A stretch of 63,648 nt of DNA, counting the filler, from Fonticula-like sp. SCN 57-25 (lineage: Eukaryota): the NCBI GenBank assembly GCA_001724245.1. It is 11 parts of 11 records of this genome, joined end to end, with 100 filler letters (N's around TTAATTAATTAA, not from the genome) between each part and the next. Parts side by side here need not be neighbours in the genome. Positions count along the whole stretch, not along the records: positions 32,413 to 37,647 come from MEDX01000732.1; positions 37,748 to 42,922 come from MEDX01000733.1; positions 43,023 to 48,154 come from MEDX01000734.1; 8 more parts are not named here. One strand, written 5' to 3'. A model generated the notes under the pieces. That model saw only the letters and a program-made list of their open reading frames with translations, was not told the origin of the DNA and made no database searches. Below are positions 33,826-44,869 of this stretch, piece by piece; position 1 is the first letter of the stretch; each line of letters begins with the position of its first letter. The translations under genes were made by a program, and so were the position numbers.

Positions 33826-35940
33826 ATGATGCTTTCTTTGCAGGGCGCATACAAACGACTCGTCCTGCTCAAAACAGCAAGGAGGACAGCATTGCCGTTT
33901 CTCACACTACAACGCAAGAAATCCAGCAAATTTTCACAGCCGCCTAGCGGCATTACTGTCCCGCAATCACGCAATCACAACAATAGTTCACCTCTGCAAT
34001 CACGCAACAAGAAGAGCAATGACATCTCTCCTGCAAACAGAAACACTAGCAATGTTAGAAGAAACGTTGACAACATCAACACTTACGATACCAACAAGAA
34101 TGGAAACGATGACATGTTTCTGCCAAGCGACGAGAATGGCAGAATGGAGGACGAAGAAGAAGAGATGGAGGAGTACAAGGGGAAAGAATTGCAGAATGAC
34201 GATGATAAAGGACTGCAGAATGATGAGAAAAGATCGCATAACGATGAGTACACTCAAATCGAGACAGATATTCGCCAACTGCTGCGAAGTAAGAACTGCG
34301 AGAGGGCGTTTGAGGTGTTCATGACACAGCGTGCAGCGGGAGAGCAATTTGGGGCCAAATTGTATGCATCTCTCCTGCAGCATCTCGTGGAGAGGAGCCA
34401 GTTCGCAAAATTCCAGCAGGCCTTCGAGTGTCTCCAGGAGGACCAAATACCACCAAACGAACACATCCTATCGTCAGTCATTGATCATCTCTGCACCCAG
34501 GGTAAATTTGCAGCACAACAAGCAATGGCAGCACAGTTATCACCACGCGTATCAACACAAGAATTAGCACAGGAATCAGTTCAAGAATCAGTACAAGAAT
34601 CAGTACAAGAATTAGCACAGGAATCAGTACAGGAATTAGCACAAGAATCAGCACAAGAATCAACACAAGAATTAGTACAAGAATCAACACAGGAATCAAC
34701 ACCAATATCACAGGTAGTATCAGCAGAACCACAATCACCATCACCACAACCAGTATCACCACCATCAACAAAAGTAGAATCACCAGTAGCACAACAAGCA
34801 CAAGTAGAATCACCAGCACAGATAGTTTCACCACAACAATTATCACCATCACCACCACCACCAGCAGCACAAACAGTATCACCACCAGCACAACAAGTTG
34901 CACTTGAGTATGCAAACCAGGCTGAACTCCTGCTGAAGCAGATGCTCGAGTACAAGATTATTCCGAACCCGAGGGCTTATACATCACTTGTGAGCTGCAT
35001 GCTCACAGCGGGACAGCCTGAACGAGCGATGCACGTAATCTCGCTAATGTCTCCCGGTAGCAAGTACACGCAGCAGCAGCGAGCATCCGTTGCGAGCCAC
35101 TATGCGCGCAGCGCAGTTGCCCCGGGGGAGATGGAGCGTATTGACAATGCGGAGCGCATGGCCCGCGAGTTGCACAGAGAGGGTGCCCGTTCGTACGCCC
35201 GCTATGTGTACAATAGCATCGCGCAGCAGCTGTTTACCCTTGGTGTCATGGGCCGCGCGCACGAAACGCTGCGCTTCATGTTCTCGCAAAAGTGGAATCC
35301 GTCTGTCGGCGTTTGGTTCGCTGCAGTGGACTCAACACTCAATAGCGGTGATCTGGAGACAGGTAGTCGTCTGTTTGAAAGATATTCCCAGTACAACAAG
35401 ATCGCAGAGGTTGTAGCAGAGTCGTTTATTGCAGCTCTTTGCCGCCAAGGTTTGGTCAACCATGCACTACAATGGGTGGTCAGGTTGAGGAGGGAGAAGA
35501 GGTTCGTTCCGAGCCGCAGCATTTACACCTTCCTGATTGGAGGCTTCACGCAGCTTGGCGATCCTGGAAATGCTGAGCAAGTGCTTCGCGTGATGCTGAA
35601 TCAGGCCAAGGCCAAAGTTGGTGGACAGCCACCGCTAGGCCACTACAACATTGTCTTGGAGGGATACGTTGTGCAAAGGAATCTCCGTGACACAGAGAGA
35701 CTGTACTACGAGATGAAGTCTGCTAATTTGGTCCCCTCTGTGCGTGCTGCTTCTTTCCTCATGGAAACCTTTGCGAACAGAAACAATGTGGAAAAGATGG
35801 AAAAGCTACTTGAGGAAATGAAAGTGAGGAGAGCTGATCTCTCGGTCCCTCTTCTTTCCACGCTTGTCCGCGTTGTAAAGAAGCCGCATCTCGTCAAATT
35901 TTGTGAAGGACAACTGAGACGGCAAACCAAAAGTTCTTGA
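33826..35940 (+). CDS. PPR-repeat protein, probably mitochondrial
   Basis: Basic N-terminal presequence; 35-aa PPR-like units (AYTSLVSCM, IYTFLIGGFTQLG, HYNIVLEGY); Q/E/S/P low-complexity insert. Confidence 0.8.
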   Translation: MMLSLQGAYKRLVLLKTARRTALPFLTLQRKKSSKFSQPPSGITVPQSRNHNNSSPLQSRNKKSNDISPANRNTSNVRRNVDNINTYDTNKNGNDDMFLPSDENGRMEDEEEEMEEYKGKELQNDDDKGLQNDEKRSHNDEYTQIETDIRQLLRSKNCERAFEVFMTQRAAGEQFGAKLYASLLQHLVERSQFAKFQQAFECLQEDQIPPNEHILSSVIDHLCTQGKFAAQQAMAAQLSPRVSTQELAQESVQESVQESVQELAQESVQELAQESAQESTQELVQESTQESTPISQVVSAEPQSPSPQPVSPPSTKVESPVAQQAQVESPAQIVSPQQLSPSPPPPAAQTVSPPAQQVALEYANQAELLLKQMLEYKIIPNPRAYTSLVSCMLTAGQPERAMHVISLMSPGSKYTQQQRASVASHYARSAVAPGEMERIDNAERMARELHREGARSYARYVYNSIAQQLFTLGVMGRAHETLRFMFSQKWNPSVGVWFAAVDSTLNSGDLETGSRLFERYSQYNKIAEVVAESFIAALCRQGLVNHALQWVVRLRREKRFVPSRSIYTFLIGGFTQLGDPGNAEQVLRVMLNQAKAKVGGQPPLGHYNIVLEGYVVQRNLRDTERLYYEMKSANLVPSVRAASFLMETFANRNNVEKMEKLLEEMKVRRADLSVPLLSTLVRVVKKPHLVKFCEGQLRRQTKSS

Positions 35941-36447
35941 AATTTACTTTCTCTTCGGTCGTTACCTCTCCAATCTGCCCCAAACAATTAACAGCTAACA
36001 AGAACGATTCTGACCGTTGCTCTTTAACGTGTAACATGTCTCAATTGTTCTGATAATCACCACTGCTGAACATCCTGTAATCTTCGAGAAACACAGTAAA
36101 AGCCTTGTAGATTGCGTAGATATTTCAGAAACAAAAAAAACCAACAAATTTTTCCAGTTTCTTCAAACATTAGTAAAACAATATGATCATTGTAATGTGG
36201 ATTTTGTCACTTTTTCAAATGCCAGTGTAAAATATCAGACGACTGTAACTTTAGAGTGAGAACACAATTCACAATTCTGTTTGTTTTTCATCGATACCGC
36301 GAAAGAGGAATGCACTGGATCTTTTGCATTCGGTTCTGAATGGGAAAAATTTGGAGAGAGAATAACAGAGTTGATCACCATAGTTGACCCGTTCGAGAAC
36401 CAAACGCAAACAGCGCAACCCATTCCGAGATGACCTTGCAGACGAGA

Positions 36448-36715
36448 ATGCTATTCAATAAGCTCACCCGTTTTACGGCGAGCAACAGTTTGTGGAGAGC
36501 ACGTGTGCTGCCCAAATTCCAGAAGAGAAATTCTGGAGACGAACACGCCGAAGATTTCCCCCAGGACGGCCCAGGTACGCAACATTTGTGAGACACGCGT
36601 TCAATTCACACTCCATGCAGGAGACATTGTGTTCCCCATCGCGTTGGCCATTCCAATCTCCATGTTCTTTTGGTACGGAAAAGACGAAGATGAAGCAGAA
36701 CCAGAAGCAAAATAA
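36448..36715 (+). CDS. Small spliced membrane protein with presequence-like N-terminus (~73 aa)
   Basis: MLFNKLTRF...KRNSGDEH...GPG, intron 36575-36620 (GTACGC...GCAG), then DIVFPIALAIPISMFFWYGKDEDEAEPEAK*. Confidence 0.6.
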
Positions 36716-36924
36716 AATGTAAAAAAAGAGGGAAAAACACGAAATTGGCAAACAGGTGATGCAGTGATTATTTGGTTTTTTTCTTGTTGCATTTTTTTGC
36801 TTCATAGAGCACTTGAATGATTGTCTTGCACTGTTTGTTGTACCTGTTTCTTGTAACAGATTATGTGTTCACTGCTTCTTTCACAATGTACATTCAGTGT
36901 ATCTGTTTCACATTGGATATTTGT

Positions 36925-37465
36925 TCATCTCTTTTGGTCGTACAAGCGTGTGGCCCAATTGGGTTCGCCATGTGCTTCGTCACCCCATCCATCTGGACCC
37001 TCTCTATCGACACGCCGTCTCCCGTTGCTCAGTTTCAGCACGAGTGCGTCCATTTGACGAACGTATTCGAGACGACGACACGTTGGTATCCAGAAGCGAA
37101 CAAGCGACTGCTCCGTGTTCGGGAGCATGTGGTGCTCGAACACCTCGTGCACCATGAAGCGCACAAACTGCTCCTTGAGGTGCTCGAGACCCACAATTCC
37201 TAGACTCTTGAGGATCCGCGTGACGCGCAGGTAGTTGTGGAAACTGGCGTTCAGGTGCGCGTACCGGCTCTGGAAGTGCTGCGCGCGCGCGAGCGAACCG
37301 GAGTGCGCGTCGGTGAGAGTGATGCCGAAAAAATCGAGCATTAGCTCGTAACTCGCGATGAATCGGCGCTGAATGTCGGCATCGGTGCGCATCAGCTCTG
37401 CCTCGTGTCGCGTGAGAGGCTGTGCATTATCGTTCATCCCGCGCTCTCTGATCGGAAATAGCCAC
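36925..37465 (-). CDS. OGFr-like (opioid growth factor receptor conserved region) protein, last exon
   Basis: QWLFP..E.GMN..AQPLT, YELMLDFFGI and HNYLRVTRILKSL. Confidence 0.88.
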
Positions 37466-37747
37466 TGCAAGTTGTTATTCGTTGGTTATCACACTTTTGT
37501 TTTTTTTTTTTTCACAATTATACCCAGTCACACATCCAGTCACACACATCCGGTCACACATACTCACACACATACTCACACACATACTCACACACATATC
37601 CAGTCACACATATCCAGTCACACATACTCACACATCCAGTCACACACNNNNNNNNNNNNNNNNNNNNNNNNNNNNNNNNNNNNNNNNNNNNTTAATTAAT
37701 TAANNNNNNNNNNNNNNNNNNNNNNNNNNNNNNNNNNNNNNNNNNNN

Positions 37748-39385
37748 CTGAATGGTAGGAGAGTGCAAAAGTTGGCTTATGAACAAGTTATAATAATGAA
37801 TCGTTACAAACCTTTGTGCTCATCCCAGCCAGCATGAACCATGTAGGTACTGAATTACATGCTGTAATTTGGCACATCGTTGATAAGGCAACCTTGGATG
37901 TTGACTTGTATTTGTTTAGTATCTGGCCATCAGAGCATCTCCTGAGCATGATGGTCTTATCGGAACCAAGTGACACAATAGTGTTTGTCTCAGTATCCAA
38001 AAAGAAATCAACAATTGTTCCGTTTTCGTGTGCCTTTGCAAATTGGAACTCTGGAAGATTCTTCTCAGCATTGAATGAGCATAGGCTACCATCAGTCGCA
38101 CAGGAGATGATTGATGGTAGAGATATCAACGGGTCATCACGCTAATATTAACAGAATAAGATGAGCAAATGATCGTTGTGGGTGATACTCTGGGTACACT
38201 TACATGGACCACAACTATTTTCTGAACGGGCTTCGTGTGTGCCATGATAACCTTTTTCAACACCTGTTTTTCTGAATAGTTCCAGAGACGAATACTTCCA
38301 TCAGAACCTACATGTGTGTGATGTATATAGTGTATGATATGTGGTATGTAGTATGATATGTGTATAATTTGTATGTGTATAATGTATGGTATGTGTATAA
38401 TTTGTATGGTATGCATATGGTGCATGTGGTATGTGGTATGATATGTGGTATTTATGTAGTATGGTATGTGTATGGTATGTGCACGTGGTACATGTTATAA
38501 TATAACTTGTTAAAAGAAAAAAAAAAGAAAGCAGTTTGACATACATCCAATTGCAATAATCGGTTGAGAATAGATGAATTCCATGCAAGTTATATTCTTG
38601 TTATCGAGTTGCGAGTGCTTGAGCTCATCGAACACATACATGCTCGATGACACCTCATCATATCGAAGCATCACCATACTCTTATCCAGTTGCAGCACAA
38701 TGCACCGCGGGGGCCTACTGGGTGCAAATTTGGACGACTTCCCATCCCCTCCTCCAGAAGCCTGGGACATGAAGTCCATGCTCGCATACCCCAACCTCTT
38801 CCCGACACTCTGCAGCGTCTTCAAGTTCCTCGATCCACTCCTCACAATCCCAACCCTCTCATCCCTCGTCTTCTCCACATTCAGCTTCCAGTGCACAATC
38901 TCCTCATCAAACAGACGCAAATCACGCACCTCACCGGCTGCTCTGATCGTTGCCTCCACCGCTTGAGCCGCAGCATCCGCAGCACCACTGGATTGTGACT
39001 GCAACTGGGACTGTGACTGTGAGTGTGGCTGAGAGTGGATCAATTCGTTGAGGTACCAATCTGGCATCGTGATTCCATTGTAGGTGCGCTCGAGGACGCG
39101 CAGAAGCTGGATCTCCTCCTTGCGCTGCTCGAAAATGGAGGCCACGGAGAAGGAGTGGAGCACATCGTTCTGCTCGTAATCGTACAGGTAGATCTGGCCC
39201 TTGGCGTGCTTATCGGAGAAGAGGATCCAGGGGCGCACGGGGTGCACGTCCACCCGCTTCACCTTCATCGACGGGAACCGATGTTGCAGCAACGACGGTC
39301 TTGGTGCGAGGCCACTCTGGAACTCACTCCCCGTGGTGCTGCTCTCCATGTTCATATCAACCTTTGACCCAAACACACTCTTCAT
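37748..39385 (-). CDS. TSET/TPLATE-complex WD40 subunit TTRAY/TWD40-like, 3'-truncated
   Basis: VDVHPVRPWI, IRAAGEVRDLRLFDEEIVHW, LDNKNITCMEF and IAIG|GSDGSIRLW, matching recalled plant TWD40 blocks. Confidence 0.72.
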
Positions 39386-39664
39386 GTTTTTTGTGTTTTG
39401 TTTTTGTTTTGTTTGGTGTTGTTACCGTCTCGTGAAAGAGCGCAAACACAAGACTTGGAAAAAAAATTCTTCAGTTGACCATGTTGAGGAAGGAGCGGAA
39501 AAGTTGTGTGATTGAAGAATTTGTGTTTTTTCTCAAAGTTCCGGGAGAGGGGTGACCAAAAAACAATCAAATGGACTTACTTCATGGGAAGTGAAGTACT
39601 GGCCTGTTTTTTCTCGAACAAACAGTAAACCAAACAGTAAAACTTGAAGTGTCTACCTGACTGT

Positions 39665-40816
39665 TTACTGCTGCATGATTTTCACTAAATCATCAAGTTC
39701 CCAAAATTTGGCAAGCTTCAGAACCTCCAGTTTCACAGGTTCCTCGAGACACTGCTGCGCCCCGAAGCGGTACAGATACTTGAGCACGCGGAGGACCACA
39801 TCGGGCGAGAAGCCGGGCACCTCAATCACATGTTTTCCCTGCTGCTGCGCGATTTTCGCTTCCAGCGATTCCAGCGGGGCAAAGAAGGGCGCCGCGCTGT
39901 GCAGCAGCACCGCCGCGTGGCACGGGATGAGCGTCGGCGCGCTCTCTCCCTGCGCGGTGCAGGACAGCTGCACCTCGCTCATGTCCAGCAGCGGATTCTC
40001 GCGTGCGTTGTGGAAAATGTAGCGAAGACCGTCGTCCCAACGAGATGGAGGTAGCTGCTTAGGCGTGCCGCGAAGCAGCTGATCGCACAGAACCTCCAAT
40101 CGTTCGTCTTCCACGTAATTCGCAGCCTACCCCCGTTAAACCACAAGTAGTTAATTGCCCAGTGGTAATTACATTGTACAAGTGGTGCAGTTGGCCAGTG
40201 GTAATTCAGTTGAGAGGAATTACATTGTAAGAGAGGTCCAGTTGAGTTTCATCATTGTAATAGGTTCGGTTGAAGAGAAGAATATTGAAACGAGTAATAT
40301 CACAACAAACAAGTTGAGAGATGGAATTGTAACAAATTGAGAATTGCAGTTTGTTTTTTAAAAAAAATGAAGCAGTTCGGTTGAAGAAAACATACCTGCT
40401 TCAATTCCTGGATGGCAGTCTTGTCCGTTTTTTCATCAAATCGGACGCTGTCATGCGAGTAGTAGTGAATCAGTTCTCTTACGGCGCGCGGAGTGACAAA
40501 CTCCGGGAACGCAATGGTGAGCTGGCCCTTGTCGTCAAACACTATGCTTGTTCCCGTGGTGTCGATGGGCTCGTGGTGTTGGTGTGCATTGTTCAACTTG
40601 GCTGCATCGTCGGCATTCTTTCCTGCACGGAAGCACCACTCGTTAACGATGAGCTGTCGAAAGAAACGAGAGTTGGCGAGCACAAGCACGCGGTTGTAGA
40701 ATATTGTGCTTTTGTTTTCTTCCATTCTGCGCTAACAAAGGAATTGGTTGACTATCTGTCACGCATCGCAGTTTATTTTTGATTTCTACGGGCAGGTTGC
40801 TCGTGCAGTTTTCCAT
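39665..40816 (-). CDS. Tandem BTB/POZ-domain protein (start uncertain)
   Basis: NRVLVLANSRFFRQL...VTPRAVRELIHYY and IPCHAAVL...PFF...FSPDVVLRVLKYLY...LKLAKFWELDDL. Confidence 0.75.
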
Positions 40817-40972
40817 CACAACTACTTCAATCAAGGGACTGTGCTCAAGCAATCGTATTAAATCTCCTAAGAACCACAAAATCAGAGAATGATTCCTGTG
40901 TAGGGCTCTACAACAGTGTTTCGATTTTTTTACGTCTACTCAACCGCAGAAGTGTAATCAGCCCACTTATCA

Positions 40973-42275
40973 ATGACGTTCATTGTATTTCCCCAGAGTT
41001 ACTTGATATTTTATACGGGCTATTTTTTCAGTCTTGTGCTGGCTTTTTCCCTGTTTGTTGGCCTGCTGCGCCAAGTTCGATCTTACCGCGTGCAACTTAC
41101 ACCGGTATTCATCTTCTTTTGTATTTTCGGTATTGCACGTACGTTCTCGTGAAAGGAAGAAATCAAGCTAATTGCTGACATTGCAACCTTCCAATTCCAC
41201 AGTGGAATGCATTGTTGCGTTTCTGTACTTTTTTCTCATCGCCAATGCTTTTGTGCGACGACCGACTGACACATGGCTCACCTTTGCCAATACTATTGAG
41301 TTTTACCAGGAGATAATTGAGCGTGTCAGCACATTTTACTTTGCATCGACTCTCCCACTAATTGCCTGCTTCTATTCCATCAAGTACGAACAATGCAATC
41401 ACCCTTACACTGAATAACAATGGTTTGTGTGTTTGTTTTTTTCTCGCTTTCTACATAGGAACTTGATTCATCATATCCAAAACCAAGTGCCGCAACTGTT
41501 GCTCAAATTTGTATCGCTGAGTTTGATAACAGTCTTGCTGATTCTGAGCACTCTTACCCTCTCTTCCCTGTTAGTTCTCCCGATTGTGGTTCAGTGGCAA
41601 GGAAGCCGTTTGTACAAGGAGGCATTTGTTCAGATGTCGAAGTGGACACAAGTTGTAATTATTTTCTTGTCCATGCCATCGCTTCTTGGTATCTTATTTG
41701 GGGCCACTTGCATCAACATACCAAAGAAGACGCACATTGTAGAGGGTAGCAACCAAAACACAGACACTTCTCACGAACTAAGTACAGAAGGGAGTGTTGA
41801 AGAGGTAGAGTATGATGATGAAGAAGAAGATACAGCAGCACAGGAGACAGATGAGTTCTTGCCACGGACAAAGGAAATTTCGAGACAAAAAGTGAAAGTG
41901 AACGAAGTGCAAGTTATTCAGCGTGCTCACTATGTTTGCGTATGTTTTTCACAATGTTTGCCTTCCTTTTTCACAGTTGTCCATAATTACAATACCCAGT
42001 TGATTCGCATTGTAACTATTTTGACCTTCTTTGCCATTTACCATGTGGTGGTACTCTTTTTCCCGCTTGTAATTACCACTGATCTGCAAGTTTTTGAGGT
42101 GTTTATAATGTACACCAGAAAGAGCATTCTGATGGCTGTATTTATAGCACTTCTTATTGTGCACGCTATTGCACTACGAGGACAGATTTCATTCTTCTCG
42201 AAGTTTAGGGAAGAAAACTGGATCAAAATGAAAGATGCTGATGTTATTCAAGAAAAATTATCTACCAGCATTTGA
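40973..42275 (+). CDS. Seven-transmembrane (GPCR-like) protein, 3 exons
   Basis: The spliced product has seven hydrophobic segments, with a long acidic loop between TM5 and TM6. Confidence 0.6.
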
Positions 42276-43022
42276 GCGTTGTGCATTGGACCATAGAATT
42301 GTTCATAAGAGTTTTTCAAGTGTACATACTTTCCTTTCACAAGCAATTTCTCCATTGTAAACTCACTATTGTAATGAGTACATGTAACAATACATTCTTT
42401 TGCAACAGTTTTTGTGGGATAAGAGCACACGAAAGAAGAATGAAGGAAAGAAGAACAAACACAAGAAGAAACAACTGGCTGCAATGATTGAAGAACGAAA
42501 AAAGCAATATCTCCCATTTGATGCTTTGTTGAAATCAAAGAAAACACGTTATGATCAAAATGGAAAAGCCGTCTTCTCAACTCCATTCAGATAATCCAAA
42601 TAACATTCAAGCAAACAGCTGTAAAGATTGACAATTCATTGTGAAAACAATGACAATTTCACAACATGACAGTGAACCACAAGAGAGCAATACACGAACG
42701 CAATAAAATCAAGGGATTAACTTGTTTTTCATTTACCCAAGAAAATGAACTGTTGAGTCTGTAGAAGAAAAATCTGCTGATGCTGAACAGGAACCTCAAG
42801 TTGTGCCTTCACAAGAGCGAAAGAGGAAGAGCAAGAAACTCTCCGAAACTCCTCAACGAAAAAAAGTAGTCAACCAATTACAGCAACTTTAATTCCGCGG
42901 AACTGAGCGCTTTTCAGTCCCCNNNNNNNNNNNNNNNNNNNNNNNNNNNNNNNNNNNNNNNNNNNNTTAATTAATTAANNNNNNNNNNNNNNNNNNNNNN
43001 NNNNNNNNNNNNNNNNNNNNNN

Positions 43023-43518
43023 CTTTTTCATTGGGAATCCACGTAATAAATTCTTCCACAAAAAGAGGAATCATAAAATGTATCACTTTTGACACAATGT
43101 ATGATGATACTCCAAATCTTGACGAGAGCTGACAAATCTTTTCATTTTGACAGAGCCAGATCAGAGTCATCAAAATCTTGTTTTCGTACGACACGCTGCT
43201 TTCTGTTTCTGAAGCGCGAGGTTGAAACCTTCTCAAGAGGTGGAGAACTTCGTCAAAATCTAACCTTGACATGTGAACCACGCTTTGGAAGTGACTTGCG
43301 TTGCGGCACCACTGCTTGTAGACGTCTACCCGATCGTACGGATGATAAGATTGTTTGAATTTTCCCCTTCCTCTTCCAATGTTTGTTGTTTTCGCCTCCC
43401 AGATGAGATAAGGAGGGAATTGGATTACTGGATCCTTAATTCCAAAAAGTAGTGACAGGAGAATCATCTGGTTTTGCAAAAGTATCGCCAACAGACAGAG
43501 GTTTTGTTTTTCCATCAT
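43023..43518 (-). CDS. Harbinger/ISL2EU-type transposase, N-terminal part (HTH)
   Basis: HFQSVVHMSRLDFDEVLHLL...VSYENKILMTLIWL...LSSRFGVS..IVSKVI, a typical DDE_Tnp_4-associated HTH; the catalytic part is cut off by the gap. Confidence 0.8.
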
Positions 43519-43598
43519 GATTCTCAGAGCAAGTTGAGTGATTTTTCACTACTTATCCAATTCTAACACATTGTTCCGTCAATTCACAAAACAAGAGC

Positions 43599-44393
43599 AT
43601 GAACAGTCAAGAAGAACCAGAGGTTGAAGAAATCGAGATGGGATCAGCAATTCAGAATGGTAAGAAGAAGCAGCACAGGGCAGTTTGGACAGAAGACAAG
43701 GTCAAGGTTTTGGTAGAAGCTTATCGGTACGAGAAAGGGAATTGGGAAGCAATAATGAAAAATCCGAGAGTAATCGAACTCGGATATGACAAACCTCAAC
43801 TCCAAAATAAAATAAAGACCATCAATGGGAAAAGAATCAGGAAAACTTGGAATGATTCCGGAACCAAGAAGCGCGAGAGCATAGTCAAAAATATCCATGG
43901 TGATACAGACAAGGATGAAGAACATCTGCAGAAGAAAAGGAGAGAGTTCTCCGCAGAAAAACTTTCAGAAGAAGAGAAGGCCCTAGAAGAAGTTGAGGAG
44001 GCGCAAGTATCCAGTGCTGTTGATAGTTCAAGCTTTTCCACCTCTGGAGAATTCGAAGACTATGCAGAAGAGGAGAAGACAAGAAGAAAGAAGCAAAGAT
44101 TAACATTTCAAAACATCTCCAACCAAAAACTACAGGCCATTCAAGCGATCCATGATGAACAGGAACAAAACAAGGTGGAAAGAGCAGTCAATGCTCTTAA
44201 AGAAGGAACATTGATGCAAACTTTGGAGCTCAATCAAATGATGTTGGCAGAGCTCTTCAAGAACATTCGGAATGAGCGATCACAACCAGATGATAATCTA
44301 AAAGAGGAAGTTGAGAAGATCAAGCAAGAACAAGAAATTGTGCTCCTCAAGTTATCCAGAATCGAGGAATTGTTAACAAAGCAAAAGGAATAA
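43599..44393 (+). CDS. Myb/SANT-like DNA-binding protein (Harbinger ORF2)
   Basis: WTEDKVKVLVEAY...NWEAIM...QLQNKIK followed by a charged coiled coil. Confidence 0.78.
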   Translation: MNSQEEPEVEEIEMGSAIQNGKKKQHRAVWTEDKVKVLVEAYRYEKGNWEAIMKNPRVIELGYDKPQLQNKIKTINGKRIRKTWNDSGTKKRESIVKNIHGDTDKDEEHLQKKRREFSAEKLSEEEKALEEVEEAQVSSAVDSSSFSTSGEFEDYAEEEKTRRKKQRLTFQNISNQKLQAIQAIHDEQEQNKVERAVNALKEGTLMQTLELNQMMLAELFKNIRNERSQPDDNLKEEVEKIKQEQEIVLLKLSRIEELLTKQKE

Positions 44394-44665
44394 AATTCTA
44401 ATCGATTAACCCAGTTAAACTATAAACATTTGTGATGAACCGAGTTTAATCTTAGTTAACTCTAGAGTAACTTCAACCACCAACCCAGTTTGCTGCATAA
44501 AAGGTTAACTAAAGTTTAAAGTTTTTACTAAAGTTTAATTTGTACCCACTTGACTAAACTATGCAATATCAGAGCTTAGAAGAAATGAAAAAATAAACAA
44601 ATTGAGAGGAATTGAAGTTAGTGAAGCGAATGGTGATTGGTTGGGAACAAAAATATAAAAAGGTT

Positions 44666-44745
44666 TGTGGTCAGAGGGGTTCGAACCCTCGCCCGTGAAG
44701 AATGGTGCCTTAAACCACCGCCTTAGACCGCTCGGCCATGACCAC
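44666..44745 (-). tRNA. tRNA-Leu(AAG)
   Basis: GTGGTCA acceptor stem pairing with TGACCAC; D arm TGGCCGAGCGGTCTAAGGC; anticodon arm GTGGT-TTAAGGC-ACCAT; variable arm; GGTTCGAACC; T-run Pol III terminator downstream. Confidence 0.96.
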
Positions 44746-44869
44746 TTGGATGAAATAAGTGTCTATATTTTTTATTGAAATAATTATCGCAAACTGGGAT
44801 TGTTGTTTGCCATTTTCCCTGTTTTCTGTGGGACAACCCTCCTCAATTTCCAATTTGTTCACAAGCTGT

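Larger units (their letters stand above)
43023..44575. mobile_element. PIF/Harbinger-type DNA transposon, one end present
   Basis: Divergent transposase and Myb/SANT ORFs 80 bp apart; repetitive subterminal region; candidate end ...ATGCAATATCAGAGC followed by TTA (TWA target-site type). Confidence 0.75.

Noticed and set aside
42300-42900. Lys/Glu-rich ORF pieces after the 7TM gene
   Set aside because: Interrupted by stops; I could not build a consistent spliced model or identify a family.
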